Positions 1 through 8,012 of a DNA stretch of 24,259 bases are shown piece after piece. Both the position numbers and the translations under genes were made by a program. The first letter of the stretch is position 1. Each line of letters opens with the position of its first letter. Below the pieces are notes generated by a model. It saw only the letters and a program-made list of their open reading frames with translations, made no database searches and had not been told where the DNA came from. This DNA comes from Gemmatales bacterium (GTDB lineage: Bacteria; Planctomycetota; Planctomycetia; Gemmatales; Gemmataceae): contig JBBSDR010000001.1 of assembly GCA_038240465.1 (NCBI GenBank), forward strand, positions 1 through 24,259, written 5' to 3'.

Positions 1-21
1 CCGCCCGGACAAGCCGGGCGG
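1..21. repeat. GC-rich palindrome (REP-like hairpin), possibly truncated by the window edge
   Basis: ccgcccgg-acaag-ccgggcgg: perfect 8-bp inverted repeat with a 5-nt loop in non-coding DNA. The REP interpretation is inference. Confidence 0.3.
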
Positions 22-349
22 CGGCGACAGAGCTTCTGTGATTCACTTTCATGCCGGGGTACTACCCACCTCGGCGGGACGCCCGGGTGCTGAGTTTTGC
101 AAGGAGGCCGAGCCGTGGGACGGACTTCTCCGGGATCCGCGGCAGGGACTACCGAGGTCAAGAAAAAATTCTGCTGGCAGAGGCCGCTGAATTTGCACGC
201 CGAAAAGCGTCCGCCGTCCCGTGCAGCTATTGCGGCCAATACCCGTCGCACCCGTTCCTCAGCGCTGCGCTCCGAAGCGACTCGTTGCATGCCTCTCTGT
301 CCCGGCATAGAATCGTTTCATGGATCGTTGTCTCTCAGGGGGGCTTGCC

Positions 350-1696
350 ATGTTCGTTCCGTTCGGCCGAAACTCCGCCCGTCGTTGTGACGGCATGACC
401 CGCCGGCACGCGCTGCGCATCGGCGCCTCGGGATTGCTCGCCGGGCTGAGCTTGCCGCGTTTGTTCCAACTCGAGGCGACTGCCGCGACCGACCGGCCGA
501 TCAAGGCCAAGGCGTGCATCTTCCTCTTCCTCGAGGGCGGCCCCAGCACCATCGACATGTGGGACATGAAGCCCGACGCGGCCGTCGAGATTCGCGGCCC
601 GTACAAGCCGATCAAGACCAACGTCCCCGGCACCCTGATCGGCGAGCATCTGCCCCGCTGCGCGAAGATCGCCGACAAGTACACGATCCTGCGCTCGCAC
701 AGCCATAACGACAACGGCCATACGACCGGCTATCACTACACGATGACCGGCTACCGGGCGGATTTCGCCGATGGCACCAATAGCCGCAAGCCGAATAACG
801 TCCTCTATCCGTCGATCGGTTCCGTCGTGGCCCGCGAACTGGGGCCGCGCGGCTCGCTGCCGGTCTACATGAACCTGCCGCATCCGATGACCTCCGGCGG
901 CGCCGGCTTCTACGGGGCAGAGTACGCGCCGTTCGTCATCGAATCGGACCCGGTGCAGCCGGACTTCGAGGTCAAGGACCTGCGCCTGGTCGAGGGTATC
1001 TCGGACAAACGCCAGGATCGCCGCAAGCGCCTGCTCGAAGGGCTGGAGAACCTGGAGTCGAAGGAGAACGCGGGCGGCAAGGCCGGCACGATGGCCACCT
1101 ACTACGAGCGCGCTCACAACCTGATCACCTCGCCGGCCGCGCGCAAGGCGTTCGATCTGCCGTCGGAGCCGGACAAGGTGCGCGACAGCTACGGCTGGAC
1201 CACGCTGGGCCAGAGTGCCTTGCTGGCCAGGCGGCTGGTCGAAGCGGGCTGCCGATTCATCGGCGTCGATCACAGCGGCTGGGACACGCACTTCAGTTGC
1301 TTCCCCAGTCTCGAAAAGAACCTGATTCCCAGCGTCGATCATGCCTTCAGCGCGCTCGTCACCGACCTGAGCCAGCGCGGCCTGCTCGACAGTACGCTGG
1401 TGGTGATGATGGGCGAGATGGGCCGAACGCCGCGGGTGAATGCCCAGGCGGGACGCGATCACTGGTCGATGACCCAGAGCGTGCTGTTCGCCGGAGGCGG
1501 TGTCAAGCCGGGCATCATCATCGGCGCCACCGACAAGAACCAGAACGCGCCGACAGGCGATCCGGTCAGCGTCGAGGACATCCTGCACACGATCTTCCGT
1601 CTGATGGGCATCGACCCGACGAAGACCTACTCGACGCCTCTGGGCCGGCCGGTGCCGATCGTCAACGGCGGTCGGGTGATTCCGGGGCTGGTTTGA
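350..1696 (+). CDS. DUF1501 domain-containing protein (planctomycete type)
   Basis: ORF 320..1696; start placed at ATG 350. N-terminal twin-Arg-like TRRHALRIG, then GGPSTIDMWDMKP, ARRLVEAGCRFI and GEMGRTPRVN..GRDHW, all typical DUF1501 motifs. Strong GC3 bias. Confidence 0.9.
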   Translation: MFVPFGRNSARRCDGMTRRHALRIGASGLLAGLSLPRLFQLEATAATDRPIKAKACIFLFLEGGPSTIDMWDMKPDAAVEIRGPYKPIKTNVPGTLIGEHLPRCAKIADKYTILRSHSHNDNGHTTGYHYTMTGYRADFADGTNSRKPNNVLYPSIGSVVARELGPRGSLPVYMNLPHPMTSGGAGFYGAEYAPFVIESDPVQPDFEVKDLRLVEGISDKRQDRRKRLLEGLENLESKENAGGKAGTMATYYERAHNLITSPAARKAFDLPSEPDKVRDSYGWTTLGQSALLARRLVEAGCRFIGVDHSGWDTHFSCFPSLEKNLIPSVDHAFSALVTDLSQRGLLDSTLVVMMGEMGRTPRVNAQAGRDHWSMTQSVLFAGGGVKPGIIIGATDKNQNAPTGDPVSVEDILHTIFRLMGIDPTKTYSTPLGRPVPIVNGGRVIPGLV

Positions 1697-2097
1697 CCGC
1701 CCTGACGAGTCGGGGGTGAGAGGGGTTACGCTCTCGAGGACGGACGATGCCCTCGACTTCATACCACCGATGGAGAACGACCCGCGCAGCCGCGTTTGAC
1801 GTGATTGCTCCTCCTCCACCTCTGAAACCTCTCGTGCAAGCCGAGTTCACGAGCGGCCGCCAGTTGGATCGTGGGAACGCCGAGCCGAGCAGGGCTTTAC
1901 ACACCAAATGTCAAAATGACAGGAATAAATGTGCAGGCGGGCGATGTACTTGTGCAAGAGCCTTGCTTGGCTCCTTGACAGGCCGGACTGGTCAAGGGCA
2001 ATTCAGATGAAGACGTACCGTACAGAAGTTCATGCTGATATTGCAAGTCTATGCGGCAAACCGGCCTACGTCAACGGATTAGTGCGCGCAAGCCTTA

Positions 2098-2126
2098 TTG
2101 ACACAAGGACTTACAGGTGATAAAAT
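2098..2126 (+). promoter_or_regulatory. sigma70-type promoter for the DUF6941/antitoxin/PemK operon
   Basis: TTGACA (2098-2103), 17-nt spacer, TAAAAT (2121-2126), with an extended -10 TG at 2118-2119. Lies about 140 nt upstream of ATG 2265. Confidence 0.7.
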
Positions 2127-2264
2127 AAGTAAAGCTGATTGGGCTTGACAAGAAGTCAGATGAATCATTAGTGGATGCCTTTTCCTGACCCAGACTGATT
2201 TAACTTCAGCACCCAGGGGATGAGAGTCGCTTCACTGGCAGGACGAACGGGGATACCGAATCGC

Positions 2265-2693
2265 ATGGAACTCAACTACGCCTTTTGCGCCAAATACGCA
2301 GACATTGGGCCTGACGGCCTTTTTGGTGTCATCGGAGGCGGCTTGCACGCGGTTGGTGTTCCGCAGTTTCCGGCCGTTATCTCGGCTATGGCCTTAGTGG
2401 GCCGCATGGCGGTTCTTCCAGAAGAATGTCAAGGCGGCAGGCGAATGCGAATTGAACTGTTTGGCCCCACAGGTGAAAGGCACCCTTTGGAAGTCGAGTT
2501 CCCCGTGGATGCCAAATGCGATCCCAACGAACCAACCCAATTGGTCCCGTGGAGCTTTGCGCTTGCGCTGCAAAATGTGGTTTTTGGGGCAGAGGGACGC
2601 CACGAGTTCCGCCTTTTGTTCGATAAACGCCAACTAGGGACCGTAGCCCTCTACGTCAAGCGTCAAACAATCGAGCAAGGAGATCAGAAATGA
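2265..2693 (+). CDS. DUF6941-family protein
   Basis: MELNYAFCAKYA..GVIGGG..FPA..ALVGRM..RIELFGPTG..LQNVVFGAEGRHEFRLLFD matches the DUF6941 pattern as I recall it. The ORF track starts at 2220; ATG 2265 fits the family N-terminus better. The stop overlaps the next start (ATGA 2690-2693). Confidence 0.75.
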   Translation: MELNYAFCAKYADIGPDGLFGVIGGGLHAVGVPQFPAVISAMALVGRMAVLPEECQGGRRMRIELFGPTGERHPLEVEFPVDAKCDPNEPTQLVPWSFALALQNVVFGAEGRHEFRLLFDKRQLGTVALYVKRQTIEQGDQK

Positions 2694-2962
2694 ACGATGT
2701 AGCCTACAAGCCCTTTTTCGTGGTGATACCGATTGTCATGTCTCAAATTGTGTGTGATATGTCCAGCGGCAACGAACAAGGCAACACTAAGGCGATAGTC
2801 AGCGTCTCTGGAAAAACATACACCGATGATGAATTGGAGTATATGGCTGCTATGCAAGTGGCGGCAGGCTTCCATCTGCCGAACGAGAAGCTAAAAGCAC
2901 TCGCGGCCAAATACCCCCCGCCGCCAGAGTGGTATGAGACGGAAGAAGAAGCGCCGTTTTAA
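2690..2962 (+). CDS. small hypothetical protein, putative antitoxin
   Basis: 90 aa, translationally coupled to DUF6941 (ATGA). Acidic C-terminus LKALAAKYPPPPEWYETEEEAPF. Lies directly upstream of a PemK/MazF-like gene. The antitoxin role is inferred from position and size. Confidence 0.55.
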   Translation: MNDVAYKPFFVVIPIVMSQIVCDMSSGNEQGNTKAIVSVSGKTYTDDELEYMAAMQVAAGFHLPNEKLKALAAKYPPPPEWYETEEEAPF

Positions 2963-2983
2963 CCAACATGGCGGAGCGCTAGT

Positions 2984-3354
2984 GTGCCGACGCCTATCAG
3001 GGCAGAATGTGGCCGCATCATCTGGGGGAATTCCTCGACCCGCAAGGTCGGAACAAAAGCCCTCACCCGGCAGTAATTCTGACTAGCAGGGAGGAAATCG
3101 AGGCTGGAGGCGCTATCGTCGTATCCGTAGTCTCCAGCCAATATGACCTTGCTGAGCCTGAGGATTTGGTCGATCTGCCTTGGGATAACAGGCCAGGAGG
3201 TCACCCCGTCACCAAACTCAAGAAGAGATGTGCGGCGGTTTGTTATTGGATAGCGGAGATCGAGGAACGCGATATTCTCAGATATGCTGGAGTCGTTCCG
3301 GCCGCTCAACTCGAAGCCATCCTCACTCGCGTAAGTGAATTGGCAGATGAATGA
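2984..3354 (+). CDS. PemK/MazF-like type II toxin, frameshifted at the G5 run 3024-3028
   Basis: GGAG (2973-2976) precedes GTG 2984, which reads MPTPIRAECGRIIW. One extra G joins this to GEFLDPQGRNKSPHPAVILTS..VVSVVSS..AAVCYWIAEIE..AGVVPAAQLEAIL, giving a 123-aa PemK-fold pattern. The ORF track shows only 3007..3354. Confidence 0.7.
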
Positions 3355-3455
3355 AGGCTTCAATGCGGAGCGAAAGCCTCTGTTGACCAGGATGCTCACT
3401 TGGCTCGCTGGATCATCGGCAGAATCATCGCTTCGAGACCACCAGGAGCGACCAC

Positions 3456-5849
3456 ATGCATCTGGCGCCGCTGCTTTCGTTGGCGATCCTCGCCCAGGTC
3501 CAACCCGCCGTGCCGAAAGCGCCCGAGGTCGGCTACATCTATCCACCGGGCGGCAAGGCGGGGACCACTGTCAACGTTCACCTTGCCGGCTTCGACTGGA
3601 CGCCCGATCTGCAATTCTTCGTCTCCGATCCGCGCGTCAAGCTCGAACTGCTCGGCCCGCCCGGTCCCGTCCTCGTCGCGCCGCCGCCTTACTGGTTCGG
3701 TCCCAAGGCTTATATCACCGCCACGCCCATGGCGCGCGAGGTCCAGGCGCGGCTCACTCTGCCCGCCGATCTGCCGCCGGGACCGATCCGCTGGCAGGTG
3801 GCGAACGCCAATGGCGGCAGCGCCGGCGCCGGCGTCTTCTGGGTTGGCTCTCTTCCCGAAGTCCTGGAGGACGACAGGGCGAGCGGGGGGAGTAATCCCC
3901 CCGGTAAGATTCAACTGCTGGCGAGCCTACCGGTCGCTGTTCATGGCCGGCTGGGAAAGATCGAGGAAGTCGATCGGTATCGCTTCCGCGCTCCGAAGAC
4001 GGGACCGATCACCTGCGAACTGTTCGCCCGCCGGCTCGGCGTCAACCTGCATGGCATCCTGGAAGTGCGTGACGCCGCGAATCGGCTGATCGCCGACGCC
4101 GCCGACACCGAGGGAATGGACCTCAGCGTGACCTTCGCGGCGAAGGCGGACGAGGAGTACATCCTCAGTCTGCGCGACGTCGATTTTCGCGGCGATCGCT
4201 CCTATGGCTATCGCCTGGAGATCACGCCGGGGCCGCGCGTCGTCGCAGCCATGCCGACGACGGGCCGGCGCGGCGAGACACGTTCCGTCGAGTTCGTCGG
4301 CCAGGGCATCGCCACCGGACAGATGAAACTCGAATCCGTGACGCGCCAGGTGACGTTCCCGGCAGGCGCGGCGGATTCCTTGCTCTATCGTCTGGAGACG
4401 CCGCATGGGACCGCTCCCGCATTCCGCCTGTTCGTCAGCGACCGCGTGGAAACGGTCGCCGCCCCCACTGCTTCTCCACGGCCGCTCACCCTGCCCGCTG
4501 CCATCACCGGATGCCTCGAACGCGCCGGGGGCGAGAACCACTATCGCCTCAAGGGCAAGAAGGGCGATATCTGGACATTGGCCCTCGAAGCCCGGCGTTT
4601 CGGCTCCCCGCTCGACGTGGCGCTGACCATCCTCGGCCCTGACGGCAAGGAACTGGCGCGCAGCGACGACCTGCCCGGCACCACCGACGCCGGCCTCGAT
4701 TTCACCGTTCCCACCGATGGCGACTATACCCTTGTCGTCGCCGACGTCGCCGGCAAGAGCGGCACCCGCGCCGCTGTCTATCGCCTGACCGCCGAACACG
4801 CCGTGCGCGATTTCACGTTGACCGTGTTGCCGAACGTCAGCGTGCCGATTGGTGGCAAGGGCGATCTGAAGGTATCGGTGCAGTGGCATGGCGCCTTCCG
4901 CGAGTCGATCGCCCTCAAGGTGGATGGTCTGCCTCCGGGCGTGAGTGTCGCGCCTGGCCTGGCCATTCCGCCAACCGTGGCCGAGTTCCTCATTCCGCTT
5001 CAGTGCGATGCCGCTGCTCCGGCGACGGCGAGCCGCATTCAGGTGATCGGCAGTGCCAAGCACATCAACCAGCGCCACATCGCCCGGCCCATCGTTCCTG
5101 GCAACCTGGCGCCGCTGGGCCTCGACGATAATCGGCTCGATACCGTGCTGGTTTCCACGACGATGAAGCCGCGCTGCCGGGTGACGACCGTGGTCGCCGA
5201 CGGCACGGTGAAGGTCAATCGCGGCGCGACCTATCCGGCGGAGTTGATCGTCGAACGCCTCGAAGGCTTCACCGGCGAGATCAGTTTGCAGATGGCGGCA
5301 CAGCAGAGCTATCAGGTCCAGGGCATCAGCGGTCCCGAGTTTCCCGTGCATCCGGGCGCGACGCGGGCCTTCTATCCGTGCTTTATGCCGGAGTGGCTCG
5401 AGACTTCGCGCACCTCGCGCATGATCCTGATCGCCGTAACGAAAGTCCCCGATCCCAAGGGCAACGTGCGCCATCTGGTGACGGAGATTCATGGCCGGAT
5501 CACCATGTCGATCGAGGGCAATCTGCTCAAGGTGTCGGCCCATGCGAATGACCTGACGATCCAGCCCGGACGCGAGTTGCTGCTGCCGATCCGGATCGCC
5601 CGCTCGCCGAAACTGGCGGAGCCGGTCAAGCTGGAACTGGTGCTGCCCGAGTCGCTGCAAGGACTGCTGCGCATGGAGCCGTTGACGGTTCAGCCCGGCC
5701 ATTCCGAGGCGAGCTTGCGCATCACAACCACGAACGACCCACGTCTGACCGGCGAACACAGTTTCACCATCCGCGCGACGGCGATTCAGCCCGGCAACCT
5801 TCGCGTGGTGTCCGAGGCAACGGTCCCGTTCGTCACGGCCAAGGACTGA
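3456..5849 (+). CDS. secreted PPC (pre-peptidase C-terminal) domain protein of planctomycete DUF1501 clusters
   Basis: 797 aa; AGGAG RBS; signal peptide MHLAPLLSLAILAQ; YIYPPGGKAGTTV start; two PPC-like repeats (EVDRYRF..LEVRDAANRLIADAAD..D; ENHYRL..LTILGPDGKELARSDD..DAGLDF). No protease catalytic domain seen. Confidence 0.85.
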   Translation: MHLAPLLSLAILAQVQPAVPKAPEVGYIYPPGGKAGTTVNVHLAGFDWTPDLQFFVSDPRVKLELLGPPGPVLVAPPPYWFGPKAYITATPMAREVQARLTLPADLPPGPIRWQVANANGGSAGAGVFWVGSLPEVLEDDRASGGSNPPGKIQLLASLPVAVHGRLGKIEEVDRYRFRAPKTGPITCELFARRLGVNLHGILEVRDAANRLIADAADTEGMDLSVTFAAKADEEYILSLRDVDFRGDRSYGYRLEITPGPRVVAAMPTTGRRGETRSVEFVGQGIATGQMKLESVTRQVTFPAGAADSLLYRLETPHGTAPAFRLFVSDRVETVAAPTASPRPLTLPAAITGCLERAGGENHYRLKGKKGDIWTLALEARRFGSPLDVALTILGPDGKELARSDDLPGTTDAGLDFTVPTDGDYTLVVADVAGKSGTRAAVYRLTAEHAVRDFTLTVLPNVSVPIGGKGDLKVSVQWHGAFRESIALKVDGLPPGVSVAPGLAIPPTVAEFLIPLQCDAAAPATASRIQVIGSAKHINQRHIARPIVPGNLAPLGLDDNRLDTVLVSTTMKPRCRVTTVVADGTVKVNRGATYPAELIVERLEGFTGEISLQMAAQQSYQVQGISGPEFPVHPGATRAFYPCFMPEWLETSRTSRMILIAVTKVPDPKGNVRHLVTEIHGRITMSIEGNLLKVSAHANDLTIQPGRELLLPIRIARSPKLAEPVKLELVLPESLQGLLRMEPLTVQPGHSEASLRITTTNDPRLTGEHSFTIRATAIQPGNLRVVSEATVPFVTAKD

Positions 5850-5854
5850 CGACG

Positions 5855-5898
5855 GAATAACTTCCTTCTTTCTTGCCGCTTGCGGCACAAAGTTATTC
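5855..5898. other. AT-rich-armed hairpin just after the PPC stop codon
   Basis: gaataactt (5855-5863) / aagttattc (5890-5898) form a 9-bp outer stem; tgccg/cggca (5874-5887) forms an inner stem. Confidence 0.45.
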
Positions 5899-6057
5899 GT
5901 AACCAAGAATAGTTCTTTCATACTTGGTGTTGGCACCAGAATCGCTGTACAATCAGCAAACTCGACCGGAGGCGGCACAGCCGGCACGGCCAACTTCTGG
6001 GAGAATAACACCGGCGATACCTCGACTCCCGTGGGCCTGCTGAAAAAGAAGAAGTGA
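5899..6057 (+). pseudogene. headless 3' gene remnant
   Basis: Open frame without a start codon, ending ..STGGGTAGTANFWENNTGDTSTPVGLLKKKK-TGA (6055-6057), followed by a terminator. The 5' boundary is approximate. Confidence 0.3.
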
Positions 6058-6085
6058 ACCGCTGAAGCGGGTGAAAAGAGCCGGA

Positions 6086-6117
6086 GGCCGGACGCATGCA
6101 GCGTCCGGCCCTTTTCG
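6086..6117 (+). terminator. Rho-independent terminator, possibly bidirectional
   Basis: Perfect 10-bp stem ggccggacgc/gcgtccggcc, loop atgca, followed by cttttcgt; gaaaag lies upstream. Sits between convergent units. Confidence 0.75.
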
Positions 6118-6144
6118 TTCCCGCCCCTCCGTACGGCGACCGGC

Positions 6145-6462
6145 TCAGGGTCTGCTCTGCACCTCGGGGGTCGCTCCCTTGAGCCAAGCGCGCGTCGAGT
6201 AATCGGTGAGTGTCAGGGCCAGCATGATACCCAGCCAGAAGAGTGCCGCTCCAATGACAAGCCAGATGAGCCGGCCGCTGTGCAGGACGTGCATGAAGAA
6301 CAGCACCACCAGCAGGGCCTTGGCCATTGCAATGGTCAGCCCGACCGCGAGGTGCCAACTCCCCAGTTCGAGTTGCGAGGCCGCAACGGTCAGCGCGGTC
6401 AGCAGCAGCAAGGCGCCGAAGATGAGCAGATATGTCCGGCGCGGCATGACGTGTTCGGCCAT
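6145..6462 (-). CDS. cytochrome c oxidase subunit IV family protein (caa3-type / COX4_pro)
   Basis: 105 aa from ATG 6462 with a GGAGAAG RBS. Three TM helices; YLLIFGALLLLTALTV..AMAKALLVVLFFMHV..LTLTDY carries the hallmark KAxLVxLFFMH motif. Confidence 0.85.
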   Translation of the reverse strand: MAEHVMPRRTYLLIFGALLLLTALTVAASQLELGSWHLAVGLTIAMAKALLVVLFFMHVLHSGRLIWLVIGAALFWLGIMLALTLTDYSTRAWLKGATPEVQSRP

Positions 6463-6535
6463 TTCTTCTCCAATATGTTGCGGCTTGGCGGGCAGCCAAG
6501 AATTAGTTCCAATCGCAGGCGAGCGGCACAGCGTA

Positions 6536-7879
6536 AGCATACGAAAGTTATTAACTGTCCCATTTGGCCTTCTTGGCACGCGACTTGGGTGGTAAGCTGG
6601 GCAATCCCGAGTCGTTTTTCATTGGCAGGAGGCTCTCGTGGACAGCCCTTATTCCGCCGACATCGAGCACGCGATGCGGCTCACCTATGACTCCCTCAAC
6701 GAACGCCAACGTCGCCTGTGCGCTGCCACCGAGGCACTCAAACTCGGATACGGCGGCATTACCTCTGTCACGCAACTGTTCGGCTGCCATCGCAAGACGG
6801 TACAACGCGGCTTGATCGATCTGCGAACCGCCGCACAGCCCTTTCCCGCCAACCAGGCGCGAAAAAAAGGGGAGGCCGACGTTCCTGCCTGTCCCTCTTC
6901 CCCGGACTGGATGACGCCTTCCTGAAGGTCGTCGATGCGAGTACTGCGGGCGATCCCGATCGGGATGGCGTCCTCTGGACCAACCTCTCGCGTCCGCACA
7001 TCGCCCACGAACTGCTGGCGCTCGGATTTCGCGTCGGTGTCACGGTGGTTGATCAACTTCTGAAACGACACCGCTTGGGCCGTCGCAAAGCCTGCAAATC
7101 ACTGCCGCTGGGGCACCATGCTTGCCGCAACAGGCAGTTCGAGATCATCGCCAAGTACCGAGCGGACTTCATGGGTTCTCCCGATCACGTTATCAGCATG
7201 GACACCAAACACAAGGAGTTTCTGGGGCTGTTGTTCCGCATTGGCCGGCTGTACACGCGGCACGCCAAAAGAGTCCTCGACCACGATTTCCCTAGTTCCG
7301 CACTCGGAGTCATTCATCCGCACGGCTTCTACGACGTCAAGCGAAACCTTGGACATCTGAATTTGGGCCTCCATCACGACACGAGTCGCTTCGCCTGCGA
7401 CAGCATCGCCTATTGGTGGGAAACGTATGGCCGTCCCGCCTATCCCGCCGCTCGGCGAATACTGTTGTTGTGCGATGGTGGCGGCAGCAACGCCAGCAAC
7501 CGCTACGTCTTCAAATATCATCTGGAACACTTGACGGACCGCCTCGGCCTGGAACTGCGCGTGGCTCATTACCCGCCGTATTGCTCGAAGTACAACCCCA
7601 TCGAGCATCGCCTTTTTCCGCACGTCACGCGCGCATGCCAGGGCTTGCTGCTGACATCCTTGGAGATCGCCGTCGCGGCCATGTTGCGGACGTCCACGAA
7701 AAAAGGCCTGACAACCACGGTGCATGTCCTGAACGGCGACTATCCGCTCAAAGAAGGCTACCCCGACGATTACCGCGACACGATGAAAATCCGCTTCGAC
7801 GAAGAACTCCCCACATGGAACTATCGTGCCATTCCTCGCGATTCCGATGAAATGGGACAGTTAATAACTTTCTGATGCT
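6536..7879 (+). mobile_element. complete ISAzo13-family insertion sequence, 1344 bp
   Basis: 30-bp terminal IRs 6536-6565 and 7850-7879 with 28/30 identity (AGCAT(AC/CA)GAAAGTTATTAACTGTCCCATTT). Flanked by TA at 6534-6535 and 7880-7881, consistent with a TA duplication. Encloses a transposase. Confidence 0.9.
6638..7875 (+). CDS. ISAzo13-family DDE transposase, two ORFs joined by a -1 frameshift at A7G4 (6862-6872)
   Basis: AGGAGG RBS and GTG 6638. ORF1: LNERQRRLCAATEALKLGYGGITSV (HTH). ORF2: RGGRR..TAGDP..VISMDTKHKE..LLCDGGGSN..HYPPYCSKYNPIEHRLF, with the DDE residues present. The stop lies inside the right IR. Confidence 0.9.
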
Positions 7880-8012
7880 TAGCCGCGCGGTGCGTACCCT
7901 GCCGCTGGGCAGGCATTTGACTCAGCTGGGAGTCGGCCCCCAGGCTGACGCCCGAGGAGGCATTCTTGATCCGCGGCCTGGGACTCGAAGCCTTCGATGC
8001 TCACGGCCTTGA

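Noticed and set aside
51-398. ORFs 51..398, 97..390 and 259..714 upstream of or overlapping DUF1501
   Set aside because: No recognisable motifs and no consistent codon bias; they overlap the real start region.
3456-5849. Calling the PPC protein a subtilase-type serine protease
   Set aside because: No S8 catalytic motifs are visible; only PPC-like and Ig-like segments.
5855-5898. Integron attC reading of the TAAC...GTTA hairpins (also 22002-22029)
   Set aside because: They are 44 and 28 bp, shorter than known attC sites; they do not fit RYYYAAC/GTTRRRY; no integrase or cassette array is present.
335-6011. Long antisense ORFs 335..1819 and 3927..6011 (also 13354..14640, 17373..18344, 16199..16939 and others)
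   Set aside because: Shadow frames of high-GC genes on the opposite strand, with Arg/Ala/Gly-rich nonsense composition.
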